A stretch of 64,000 bases of DNA, taken from assembly GCA_031426555.1 (NCBI GenBank), contig JANPLN010000030.1, positions 32,001 through 96,000 on the forward strand, read 5' to 3'. Source of the DNA: Bdellovibrionales bacterium. Its GTDB lineage: Bacteria; Bdellovibrionota; Bdellovibrionia; Bdellovibrionales; JAGQZY01. Positions 31,303-41,075 of this stretch are shown piece after piece. A program made the translations under genes and the position numbers. Numbering within the stretch: position 1 is the stretch's first letter; each line of letters opens with the position of its first letter. Under the pieces are notes generated by a model. It had not been told where the DNA came from. It was given only the letters and a program-made list of their open reading frames with translations, and searched no databases.

Positions 31303-33271
31303 ATGGCATCCGTTCGCATCACTCTCCCAGATAATTCCATCAAAAGCTTCGATCAATCTCCGACTATTTTACAAGTGGCTGAAAGCATCGGACCCGGCCT
31401 CGCAAAAAACTGCGTGGGTGGTTGTATCAATGGCAGTAAAGAAATTATTGATCTTCGCACCCCCTTGAGTGATGGCGATCGCCTCGAAATCGTGACTTCT
31501 AATTCTGAAAAGGGACGAGAGGTTCTACGTCACTCGGCTGCCCACATTATGGCGCATGCGGTGCAGGAATTATTTAAAAATGTAAAGGTGACCATCGGGC
31601 CCGTCGTGGATGATGGTTTCTACTACGACTTCGACCCTGAAACTCCGCTCACTTTGGCTGATCTGCAAAAAATTGAAGATCGCATGTACGAAATCATCCA
31701 GCGCAATGTTCCGCTGGTGCGTGAAGTGTGGCCCTCCGACAAAGCGGTCCAAGTTTTTGCCGACATGGGCGAGAGTTACAAAGCCGAAATCATCAGCGAT
31801 CTAAAAACATCCGAAGTCTCCATTTATAAACAAGGCACATGGTTTGATTTGTGCCGTGGGCCCCATGTGCAAAGTACTGGGCAAGTGAAAGCCGTGAAAG
31901 TGATGTCCATCGCCGGCGCCTACTGGCGGGGAGATCAAAAAAATAAACAACTTCAGCGCGTTTATGCGACGGCTTTCAACGACAAAAAAGAACTCAAAGA
32001 GCACCTAAATAATCTCGAAGTCCAAAAAACGCGATCACCGAAAAATCGGCAAAGAGCAGGGACTGTTTATGTTCCACGACTGGGCGCCAGGCATGCCGTT
32101 TTTTACTGCCAAGGGCACGGTGATTTACAACGAACTTGCCAATTACATTCGCGAGCTCTATCGCAAGTACGATTACAAAGAAGTGATCACTCCCCAGTTG
32201 TACGACTCGAATCTGTTTATCACCTCTGGTCACTACGGCCATTACAAAGACAATATGTACTTTAGCGAAGTGGGCGACAACAAAACAGAAGTGGGCGTCA
32301 AACCCATGAATTGCCCTGGCCACTGTTTGCTTTTTGATTCTGAAAAACACTCGTATCGCGATCTTCCTTATCGAATGGCTGATTTTGGCAGGCTCCACCG
32401 CTATGAGGCGAGCGGCGCGCTGGCGGGTCTCACTCGCGTGCGTTCCATGTCGCAAGATGATGCCCATATTTTTTGCACCGACGAGCAACTGCAAAGCGAG
32501 ATGGAAGGTTTCATGACTTTCCTCAAGGAAGTTTACTCGGCCCTCGGTATGTACGAGTACAAAGTCTACATTGCTACACGCCCAGCCAGCCGCATGGGGT
32601 CCGATGATTTATGGGATCGCGCTGAAGGTGCTCTCACAGGCGCCATGGATAAATTGGGCGTACCTTACCAAATCAATCCCGGCGACGGCGCCTTTTACGG
32701 TCCCAAGATCGAAGTGCATTTTGTCGATGCCATGAAAAGAACCTGGCAGCTCGGAACTATCCAGGTGGATTACAATTTACCTAAAAATTTCAATCTCACC
32801 TATACTGGCGACGACAATACAGAGCATATGCCAGTTGTACTTCACCGCGCGATTTTAGGAACGCTTGAGCGCTTTATCGGAATTTACATCGAGCAGTGTG
32901 CTGGCAAATTCCCTCTCTGGTTATCACCAACACAAGCGGTGATTCTGAATGTGACGGACCGACAAACGGAGTATTGCCTCGAACTCAAAAAGAAACTCGT
33001 CGCTCAGGGTGTGCGCGTTGAGTATGACAGCCGCAACGAAAAGTTGGGTTACAAAATCCGCGAAGCCCAATTACAGCAAATGCCTTACATGTTGATCATC
33101 GGCGATAAAGAAATGGAACAGGGCTGTGTTTCTGTTCGTTTGCGCTCAGGTGAGATGATCAATTTTATTCCTACCGATGAATTTATTAATAAAGTTGTGG
33201 GTGAGATCAAAACTCGTCAGCTCACTTCTGTTTTTGAAAATGCGAACTCAACAAAGGAGATAAGCCATTAA
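31303..33271 (+). CDS. thrS: Threonine--tRNA ligase, frameshifted near 32020 in this sequence
   Basis: TGS and editing domain (RHSAAH, DLCRGPH) in one frame; KKRDHRKIG, KPMNCPGH, GAFYGPK, HRAILG in another. Confidence 0.95.
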
Positions 33272-34004
33272 TATGCCATTCAAAAAACCATTTGGTGGAC
33301 CCCCACGCCCTGCCGGAGCTGGTGGACCTGGTGGAAATAAATTTCGTAAAGACGGCCCAGGCGGAAATTTTCGCGATCGCAAAGGCGAAAAAGATGCCTT
33401 CAACGTGAACGAAGCCATTCGCGCCCGTGAAGTGCGTGTTGTCGGACCCGATGGGAAAATGCTCGGCGTCTATCCCACAGCTCAAGCCCTTGGCTTGGCT
33501 CGTGATTTTGGTTTGGATTTGATTGAAGTGTCTCCAGAAGCTTCGCCGCCCACATGTAAAATTATGGATTACGGCAAATGGAAGTACGAAAACAAAAAGA
33601 AAACTCAGGCGAATAAAAAGAAGCAAATCATCGTGACGGTGAAAGAGCTGCAGATTCGTCCACGCACCGACGAGCACGATCTCGAAGTAAAAATGCGCCA
33701 CGCGCGCCGCTTTTTACTCGAGGGTGATAAAGTGAAGGTGAACATGCGCTTCCAAGGTCGCGAGATGGCTTATCAAGAAATGGGCCGAGCCACCATGATG
33801 AAGGTGTCACAATCCCTTTTGGATTTAGCCATGATCGAATTGGAACCCAAGAGCGAAGGTAAACAGTTGTTTATGATTCTTGCTCCGGATCCAGTGAAAA
33901 TTAAAGACTACAGAGTAAAGCATCCTGATCTTAAAGCCGTCGCTAAAAAAGACGAAAAAGATGAAGATCCAGCTGATGGCGGAGACGAGTCTGCAGAGGA
34001 TTGA
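33267..34004 (+). CDS. infC: Translation initiation factor IF-3, probable AUU start
   Basis: NEAIRAREVRVV, PPTCKIMDYGK, GDKVKV..RF.GRE; SD AAAGGAG is 7 nt before an in-frame ATT at 33267. Confidence 0.95.
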   Translation: MNMPFKKPFGGPPRPAGAGGPGGNKFRKDGPGGNFRDRKGEKDAFNVNEAIRAREVRVVGPDGKMLGVYPTAQALGLARDFGLDLIEVSPEASPPTCKIMDYGKWKYENKKKTQANKKKQIIVTVKELQIRPRTDEHDLEVKMRHARRFLLEGDKVKVNMRFQGREMAYQEMGRATMMKVSQSLLDLAMIELEPKSEGKQLFMILAPDPVKIKDYRVKHPDLKAVAKKDEKDEDPADGGDESAED

Positions 34005-34124
34005 TTCCAATGACGAGCGTAAGCTCGTCATCCTACCTTGGAAAACACAGTTATTAAAACCCGCCGATTCAAATTATCGCCGCCGGGAAGCTCAATCAGC
34101 CTGCGTTCCCCAGATTGCTCCGCT

Positions 34125-34526
34125 TTAAAACTGTTGATCCCAGACGTTGCATCGGCTGATGGAATAGTCCAGCGAACCAAAATTGTAGGTGATAAAACCT
34201 GGAAGTGATGTGGTCTGGCCGTTCTCGAGAGCGTCGAGAAGATTTTGGCTGACTGTAACCAAATCAAAACTCCCTGAGAAAATTCCTTCAACATAATAGA
34301 CTCTTTTTTCAGCTGTAGAGAGGTCTTTAGATACTTCAGCTTTATCGATTTCTGTGTAAGACATCGGTGCCTCTTTGCAATCGTCCTCAGAGAAGTCGTA
34401 GCGGCAAATCGATACAGTTGTGGCACTAAGTTTTACCAAACTTTTGCGTTCACACTTCAAAAAATAACTTTTAGCAAAGGCCTGATGGGTCATCGCAGTA
34501 ACAAGTAAAAAAAATAATAATTTCAT
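34125..34526 (-). CDS. Small secreted hypothetical protein
   Basis: Signal peptide MKLLFFLLVTAMTHQAFA, SD GGAGG, 4 Cys. Confidence 0.75.
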   Translation of the reverse strand: MKLLFFLLVTAMTHQAFAKSYFLKCERKSLVKLSATTVSICRYDFSEDDCKEAPMSYTEIDKAEVSKDLSTAEKRVYYVEGIFSGSFDLVTVSQNLLDALENGQTTSLPGFITYNFGSLDYSISRCNVWDQQF

Positions 34527-34638
34527 AAAACCTCCGAGTTACACTCATAGTACTGATGCTAACCGGAAAATATTAAGTATTGAAAGACTCTATGTAAAAG
34601 TAACAGTGTTATGAGACAAACCTAACAGGTTCGTAAAT

Positions 34639-35055
34639 CTATTCTTTGCTCGCAGGAAGTCGAACGTCGACAGGCTTTGCGCTGATTTTTAATTCGATGG
34701 GATTGGCACCATCTGTCGGCGGTAAAAAGCGAACAGACGAGGTTTCGTACGATGATGTTTCCAGATTGGCACGCAGGGGATCTTGTCCTTCGCCATCTTT
34801 CATTTCGGTATATTCCAGTGCAATTTTATAAGCGCGATCCGAGTAGCCGGTGGTTCTTGGCGAGAGGGAAAGTTTGAAACTTAAACCATCTGATGATTGC
34901 GAAATAAAAGCGCTTTCACCATCAGTGGCGACAATGTGAGATGTTGAATCCAACTCTCCATTTTTCCAAATTTCCACTTCGATTTGCACTTTTTGCTTAG
35001 GGGATGCAGACGCAGTTAAGGTCGTAAATAAGATCAAAATAACAGATGCGCGCAT
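34639..35055 (-). CDS. Small secreted hypothetical protein
   Basis: Signal peptide MRASVILILFTTLTASA, SD GGGAG, beta-rich; ends RLPAS. Confidence 0.7.
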   Translation of the reverse strand: MRASVILILFTTLTASASPKQKVQIEVEIWKNGELDSTSHIVATDGESAFISQSSDGLSFKLSLSPRTTGYSDRAYKIALEYTEMKDGEGQDPLRANLETSSYETSSVRFLPPTDGANPIELKISAKPVDVRLPASKE

Positions 35056-35393
35056 TAAAACTCCCCCATAACCACATTACAAAGCAAAACCTGTGTTCTT
35101 GCAAGCTCAGAGAGAAAAGCCTGCCTCCCAAAGGTCCTTTTGAGAGGAGCGGGAAACGGGGTGAGTATTTTTTAGAATATCTTCTTGTATCTATATGAAT
35201 TTATTGCATAATTTCGATGTCTTTTTGCCGCCTTTAGGGGCTCGTCGGGTTCCGCCCCAAGCCTGCTCCGACAATGCACCAAAATTGCAACTTTTATTGG
35301 ACAATGAGTCCGTGGTTGGATAAAAGAAACAACGCTTTATCTATTATAGGCCCACAAAGTAAGCACTGCTTCGCCTGTAAGGAAGGAAAAAAT

Positions 35394-35585
35394 ATGAAAG
35401 CAAAAACCCATTCCGGGGCCAAGAAACGACTTCGCGTCCTCAGCCGAGATAAGATCAAAAGAAAACAAGCACGCCTTCGTCACTTGATGAAGAACAAAAG
35501 TTCTAAACGCAAAAGACAATTGGGCGATGTAATTTACGTGGATGCTGCGAATCTTCCAAACACTCGCAGATGTTTTAATATTTAA
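35394..35585 (+). CDS. rpmI: 50S ribosomal protein L35
   Basis: MKAKTHSGAKKR...RHLM..KSSKRKRQL. Confidence 0.95.
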   Translation: MKAKTHSGAKKRLRVLSRDKIKRKQARLRHLMKNKSSKRKRQLGDVIYVDAANLPNTRRCFNI

Positions 35586-35599
35586 GAAGGCGGATTGAG

Positions 35600-35947
35600 A
35601 TGAGAGTAAAAGGCGGAGTCGTCAGCCGTAGACGACGTAATAAAGTTTTAAAAAGAGCAAAAGGTTATTATTCTTCTGGAAGTCGCTTATATATTTACGC
35701 GAAAGAAAGAAACGATCGTGCGTTAGCGTATGCGTATCGCGATCGTAAACAAAAAAAGAGACATTTCAGAAAACTATGGATCATCCGTATTTCTGCTGCA
35801 ACCAAACTGAATGGCGTAAGCTATTCAAAATTTATGGGTGCACTTTTGAAAACAGACATCCAACTCGATCGCAAATTGCTGGCTGATATGGCGATTTTTG
35901 ATCCAAAAGGGTTCTCTGCTCTCGTGCAAAAAGTAATGCCGAAGTAG
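35600..35947 (+). CDS. rplT: 50S ribosomal protein L20
   Basis: MRVKGG...AKGY, YAYRDRK.KKR.FRKLWI.RI, LDRK.LADMA. Confidence 0.98.
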   Translation: MRVKGGVVSRRRRNKVLKRAKGYYSSGSRLYIYAKERNDRALAYAYRDRKQKKRHFRKLWIIRISAATKLNGVSYSKFMGALLKTDIQLDRKLLADMAIFDPKGFSALVQKVMPK

Positions 35948-35986
35948 ACTGTTAGTTTTTTGAAACTAAATCTTTAGGGATTAATT

Positions 35987-37012
35987 ATGGTGAGCTTTGA
36001 AGAAAGAAAGAGAGATCATATTGAAATTTCTCTTTCTTCGCAAAGCCAGTCGCAAGTGGTCGACGGGCTCAATCGCATTGAGCTCATACACGAAGCCCTC
36101 CCAAATCTTAATTTCTCAGACATATCTCTAAAAACAGAAACTCTTGGTTTAGACGTAGACACTCCGTTGTTTGTGTCGTCCATGACTTTGGGGCACTCGG
36201 CATCATTTGCCGTGAACGAAGTTTTAGCTCTCGTTTGCCAAGAAAAAAACATGCTCATGGGCGTGGGTTCGCAGCGCCGACAGTTGGAAGATAGCGAAGC
36301 CAAAAACGAGTGTTTGCGACTGCGAAAAAAATTTCCAAAACTGAAAGTGATGGGCAACTTGGGCCTTGCTCAGGTGATCGAAACTCCTATCGCGCAAATT
36401 CAAGGTCTGGTTGATTCGCTGGAAGCTCAGGCCATGATCGTTCATACCAATCCACTTCAAGAGTGCATACAACCTGAAGGAACGCCACGCTTTCGCGGCG
36501 GTTTAGTAGCCCTCGAAAAACTTTGCGCTCAGTTATCTGTGCCTGTGATTTTAAAAGAGACGGGCTGCGGGTTTTCTTTAAAAACGTTAGCGCGCCTCCA
36601 AGAGACGGGTCTCGCGGCGATTGATGTGAGTGGCCGTGGTGGAACTCACTGGGGCCGTGTTGAGTCACAACGTCTTTCTGCTGAACAGATTCAATTCTCG
36701 GCCGGCCAAACTTTTGCCGACTGGGGCATTTCTACGGTGGAATCTCTGCTAGCGGCAAAAAGCTTGCAGCTGACGGCTGAAGTGTGGGCCTCGGGTGGCG
36801 TGCGCACAGGTTTGGATACTGCAAAACTCTTGGCCATGGGTGCAAGCATGGTTGGCTTAGCACAGCCTTTGTTGGCCGCGGCTCTCGAAGGCGAAGAAAA
36901 GCTTGTGCAGCAGATTGATCAAATAAATTACGAGTTGATGGTGGCGATGTTTTGTTCGGGAACAGAATCTGTGTTGGAGCTGCGAAGAGGTGATGTGTGG
37001 AAAATGAAATAA
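35987..37012 (+). CDS. fni: Type 2 isopentenyl-diphosphate isomerase
   Basis: RK.DHI, H.ALP, MGVGSQR, H.NPLQE.IQPEG, KETGCG, GGTHW, ASGGVR. Confidence 0.95.
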   Translation: MVSFEERKRDHIEISLSSQSQSQVVDGLNRIELIHEALPNLNFSDISLKTETLGLDVDTPLFVSSMTLGHSASFAVNEVLALVCQEKNMLMGVGSQRRQLEDSEAKNECLRLRKKFPKLKVMGNLGLAQVIETPIAQIQGLVDSLEAQAMIVHTNPLQECIQPEGTPRFRGGLVALEKLCAQLSVPVILKETGCGFSLKTLARLQETGLAAIDVSGRGGTHWGRVESQRLSAEQIQFSAGQTFADWGISTVESLLAAKSLQLTAEVWASGGVRTGLDTAKLLAMGASMVGLAQPLLAAALEGEEKLVQQIDQINYELMVAMFCSGTESVLELRRGDVWKMK

Positions 37013-38334
37013 AATCTCTGTTCAAAGGATTTTCGAAACTCAAGCGCTCAGAGCGCTTTCAAAAGCTTGTAGAAATTGGCGCTTTGGATTCGTCGGATGT
37101 TTCGTTTCTTAAAAATGGCGGAATCAAAGACTTCGACATGGCCGATAACTTTATCGAAAACTCCATCGGCTATTTTCAGCTTCCGCTGGGCGTGGCTACC
37201 AATTTTCGCATTGATGGCGTTGAGTATGTGATTCCCATGGCGGTGGAAGAAACCTCCATCATTGCAGCTGCTAGTAAGACCGCGCGCTGGATTAGCGAAC
37301 GTGGCGTGATCACCACCGAAGTGATTGGCGAAAATATTATCGGGCAGGTACAAATTGCCCGCGTGAAAGATTTTTTAAAACTTCAGACGGTTCTCGAAGC
37401 AAAAAAACAACATTGGATCGATGAACTGAACCAAGTTGTAGCGCAGGGAATGTACGCGCGCGGCGGTGGCGTCCGCGATATCGTCGCTCGACAAATCACC
37501 AGACCCGATGGCGATGTGATGGCCATTTTACATATTCATTTAAATCCGTGCGACGCCATGGGCGCCAATATTATCAATCAGGTTTGTGAGTACATCACCG
37601 GCCCCATCGAAGAAGCCACTGGCGAAGCCGTCACCATGCGCATTCTCTCAAACTTAGTGGATACAAAACTTACGAAAGCGCGTGTTGAGATGCGCGGGAT
37701 CGACAGCAAAATTGGCGAGGCCATTCAAGAGGCGTCGCTGTTTGGCGAAATTGACTCCTATCGTGCGGCCACCAACAACAAGGGTGTTCTCAATGGCATT
37801 GATCCCATTCTTATCGCCACAGGCAACGACTGGCGCGCGGTTGAGGCGGGCATACATGCGTTTGCGGCGCGTGATGGTCAGTACCGCTCGATCACCAAGT
37901 GGCGCTTTGAAAATAACATTCTCACGGGCGAGTTTTTAGCGCCGCTCATCGTCGGCACGGTGGGTGGTGTGACGACCCTTCACCCAACAGCAAAGATGGC
38001 CATGAAAATGATGAAGATCGAAAGCGCCAATCAGCTTTCGCGCGTTTGCGCCAGTGTAGGCTTGGTACAAAATTTGGGAGCTCTCCGGGCTCTGACTTCC
38101 GAGGGCATTATCGAAGGTCATATGAAGCTGCATATCAAAAACCTGGCCATGGGCGCAGGTGCCAGCGAGCAGGAATCGCCGACGCTGCATAATCTCCTTG
38201 AACAGGTTCTTAAGGCTAAAAAAAGAATTTCACTTTCGGATGCGATTCAAATGCTAAAAAATATTCGTTCGGTGAAAGACTCGGTGAAAGATCCGATGAG
38301 AGAGACAGCTAAGCATGTCACAACTCCGTCTTAG
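36997..38334 (+). CDS. mvaA: HMG-CoA reductase, class II
   Basis: EN.IG, PMAVEETSIIAA, DAMGANIIN, RAAT.NKG..NG, ATGNDWRAVEAG, GHMKLH. Confidence 0.96.
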   Translation: MENEIKSLFKGFSKLKRSERFQKLVEIGALDSSDVSFLKNGGIKDFDMADNFIENSIGYFQLPLGVATNFRIDGVEYVIPMAVEETSIIAAASKTARWISERGVITTEVIGENIIGQVQIARVKDFLKLQTVLEAKKQHWIDELNQVVAQGMYARGGGVRDIVARQITRPDGDVMAILHIHLNPCDAMGANIINQVCEYITGPIEEATGEAVTMRILSNLVDTKLTKARVEMRGIDSKIGEAIQEASLFGEIDSYRAATNNKGVLNGIDPILIATGNDWRAVEAGIHAFAARDGQYRSITKWRFENNILTGEFLAPLIVGTVGGVTTLHPTAKMAMKMMKIESANQLSRVCASVGLVQNLGALRALTSEGIIEGHMKLHIKNLAMGAGASEQESPTLHNLLEQVLKAKKRISLSDAIQMLKNIRSVKDSVKDPMRETAKHVTTPS

Positions 38335-39199
38335 CCTTCCCAGTAAAACCTTTCTACTTGGCGAATATTTAGCCCTTTCCACTGGTCCCTCTTTCGTGGT
38401 TGCCACAGAACCTCGATTTGAATTCAAATTTTGTGTGGGCGATTTTTTAAAAACAGTTCATCCACAAAGTCCAGCTGGTCTTTTTTATAAAAAATGTCAA
38501 AAAGATGTTGGCCCGATGCAAATCGAAATGACCAAGCCCACAAAAAGTATTGGCGGTTTTGGAGAATCAACGGCGCAGTATTTGGCTTTGTGGCATTATG
38601 CAAAAGCCGTTAAAAAAAAACAGCCAATGGATGTGAATGCCCAGTTTGTCGAAGAGTGCTGGCAGGATTATCGCGATTTATTTCCCCAGGCACCGCCCAG
38701 CGGTGCAGATCTTATCAATCAACTTTGCGGCGGCCTGACGGTTTGGGATCCCATTAAAAAAGATGTGCAAAAGTATGAGTGGCCCTTTCCCGATCTGAAA
38801 CTTTATTTGCTAAAAACATCCCATAAAATCAAGACCCACGAGCACCTGGCATCCATGGACCCCGAGTCCATTCCGACGGCGGCGTTGAGCGAAATTATGC
38901 AAAATGCTTTAGTGGCCTTAAAGGAAAAAAATTCCGTTGGTTTTCTGCGCCAATCCATCATGTACACAGAAGAGCTTTATCGCGCGGGTCTGCAATCTCC
39001 AGACACGATGGTGCTGATTGGTAAGATCGCCACGCGGGCCAATGTTCTCTGCGCACGGGGCTGTGGAGCCCTGGGGGCCGATGTGATTGCCGTATATGGT
39101 TCACCCGGTGCCGAAATTGATTTTTCGGATCTTTCACTCACACCTGTTGCCACCCTGCCAGAGAGTATAAGTTCGGGACCCGTTTGGCGGTGGTCGTGA
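38315..39199 (+). CDS. Divergent GHMP kinase, probable phosphomevalonate kinase
   Basis: PSKTFLLGEY, GGFGESTA, PSGAD, GCGALGAD; position in the mevalonate cluster. Confidence 0.7.
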   Translation: MSQLRLSLPSKTFLLGEYLALSTGPSFVVATEPRFEFKFCVGDFLKTVHPQSPAGLFYKKCQKDVGPMQIEMTKPTKSIGGFGESTAQYLALWHYAKAVKKKQPMDVNAQFVEECWQDYRDLFPQAPPSGADLINQLCGGLTVWDPIKKDVQKYEWPFPDLKLYLLKTSHKIKTHEHLASMDPESIPTAALSEIMQNALVALKEKNSVGFLRQSIMYTEELYRAGLQSPDTMVLIGKIATRANVLCARGCGALGADVIAVYGSPGAEIDFSDLSLTPVATLPESISSGPVWRWS

Positions 39200-40179
39200 T
39201 GTGGGAAGCATCGGCACCTGCAAATATCGCCCTTATTAAATATATGGGGAAGCGCAGTTTCAGCTCTGCAAACACCACTCAAGCGAACGTCAACGTCGCG
39301 ATAAATCCTTCGGTCTCTTGGACCTTGGATCACCTGCGAAGTTTTGTGCAGCTAGAGCTTGTTGACGCCAACGAAGGCCAGAGCGACCTGTGGCAGCCAC
39401 ATCCCCAATGGGCGTTAGAAATGAGTGAAGTGGGGCTACAGAAATATCTTGCCCATCTTCAACGCGTAAAAAAAATGTTTTCCGCCGAAAACTATTTTTT
39501 TAAAGTGCGATCGGGAAATAATTTTCCAGCAGATTGCGGAATCGCCAGCTCGGCTTCGAGTTTTGCAGCGTTGACTCTCGTGTCGTCGCAAGCTCTGGCG
39601 CACTTGACCAAAAAGCCTCTTCCAGCGATGGAGACCCTTGCAGATTTGAGTCGACAAGGCTCCGGCTCGTCGTGCCGCTCGTTTTTTTCGGGTTTTGTAG
39701 TTTGGGAAGAGCAGGGCGTGCGAAAACTGCCAACAACTACTACGCTTCACCACCAAGTCGTCATCGTGAGTGGCGATAAAAAACAAGTGTCTTCGTCACA
39801 GGCCCATCAACGAGTTCAGTCGAGTTTACTAATGAAGCAACGGGAAGAGCGTGTTCAGGTGCGTTTTACGTCGCTGTGTGAGCAACTACTCAGTGGCACC
39901 CCCGATTGGAAAAAGTTATATGAACTCACGTGGTCGGAATTTTGGGACATGCATGCTCTCTTCGAAACCAGTGACCCCTCCTTTGGCTATATGACATCAA
40001 AATCGCTGGAGGTTCTGAATATCGTGCGCGAATATTGGCTGCAAAAACAGGACGGCCCTCTCGTGACCATGGACGCAGGCCCCAATGTGCATTTGTTATG
40101 GCGACACGATCAAAGGACCATGGCCCAGGAGTTTGCAAAAGCAAACCCGCAATGGAAGTGGATTGAGGACGCCCGATGA
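39199..40179 (+). CDS. mvaD: Diphosphomevalonate decarboxylase
   Basis: APANIALIKYMGK, NNFP..CGIASSAS, R.GSGSSCRS, TMDAGPNVH. Confidence 0.95.
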   Translation: MWEASAPANIALIKYMGKRSFSSANTTQANVNVAINPSVSWTLDHLRSFVQLELVDANEGQSDLWQPHPQWALEMSEVGLQKYLAHLQRVKKMFSAENYFFKVRSGNNFPADCGIASSASSFAALTLVSSQALAHLTKKPLPAMETLADLSRQGSGSSCRSFFSGFVVWEEQGVRKLPTTTTLHHQVVIVSGDKKQVSSSQAHQRVQSSLLMKQREERVQVRFTSLCEQLLSGTPDWKKLYELTWSEFWDMHALFETSDPSFGYMTSKSLEVLNIVREYWLQKQDGPLVTMDAGPNVHLLWRHDQRTMAQEFAKANPQWKWIEDAR

Positions 40180-40199
40180 GGTCGCCAATTGAGGAAACC

Positions 40200-41069
40200 A
40201 TGAGTTTTAAGCATCGAGTTTTTGGCAAATGGATTTTAGCCGGCGAGCACGCTGTGCTTCGCGGTCACACGGCCATGGTGTTTCCAGTGACGTCTTGTTA
40301 CTTCGAAATTGAATACAAACCATCTTCCAATAAAATCAATCTCACTTGTGATTCAGATCAGGGTGAGCAAATGAAAATGGTTTTTATGGGTTTGCTGAAC
40401 AAAGCACTTTCGGATCTCGGCAAAGAAACCACGGAGCTCACTGGCGAGCTGAGTATTTTCAATCGCATCCCCTTGGTCGGTGGGATGGGCGCGAGTGCCG
40501 CTATCTGCGTATCCGTCGTAAAATTTTTAAATTATTTAGGATTTGTGGAAGAGGATAAAGTTTTTTCATTCGCCAAGTCCTTGGAAGATTTGTTTCACGG
40601 TGAGAGCAGCGGCGTGGATGTGGCCATTGCACTTCAAGCTCGTCCTTTGCTTTATAAGATTGGCGAATTTATTCCCTTTGATCCCCAGTGGAAACCCTAT
40701 TTGTATTTATCCCATTGTGGAAAACGTGGAGTCACAGCCGATTGCATTCGGCGGGTTAAAAAATTATGGCAAACCAATGAAAGTTTGGGCCAGATGATTG
40801 ATCTCGATATGCAACGCAGCTTTGAACTGGCGCAAAAAGCCCTGAGCAGACCCGATTCGATGCATGAACTCCAGCAATCCATTTTGCTCGCGCGATCCTG
40901 TTTTGAGCGCTGGGGCTTGGTGAGTGTGGAGTTGAGCGAGCACATGAACGAGCTTCACAAGCTGGGCGCCATTGCCACCAAGCCCACCGGCAGCGGCGAT
41001 GGCGGTTTTGTTTTAAGCCTCTGGGACCAGAAGCCCACTACCACATCGATCGACCTCCTCGAGTGCTAG
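40200..41069 (+). CDS. mvk: Mevalonate kinase
   Basis: GKWILAGEHAV, P..GGMGASAA, E..FHG.SSGVD, K.TGSG.GG. Confidence 0.9.
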   Translation: MSFKHRVFGKWILAGEHAVLRGHTAMVFPVTSCYFEIEYKPSSNKINLTCDSDQGEQMKMVFMGLLNKALSDLGKETTELTGELSIFNRIPLVGGMGASAAICVSVVKFLNYLGFVEEDKVFSFAKSLEDLFHGESSGVDVAIALQARPLLYKIGEFIPFDPQWKPYLYLSHCGKRGVTADCIRRVKKLWQTNESLGQMIDLDMQRSFELAQKALSRPDSMHELQQSILLARSCFERWGLVSVELSEHMNELHKLGAIATKPTGSGDGGFVLSLWDQKPTTTSIDLLEC

Positions 41070-41075
41070 GTACGG

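Noticed and set aside
34028..34426. 132-aa ORF overlapping 34125-34526 on the same strand
   Set aside because: Alternate frame of a gene that has a clear SD and signal peptide.
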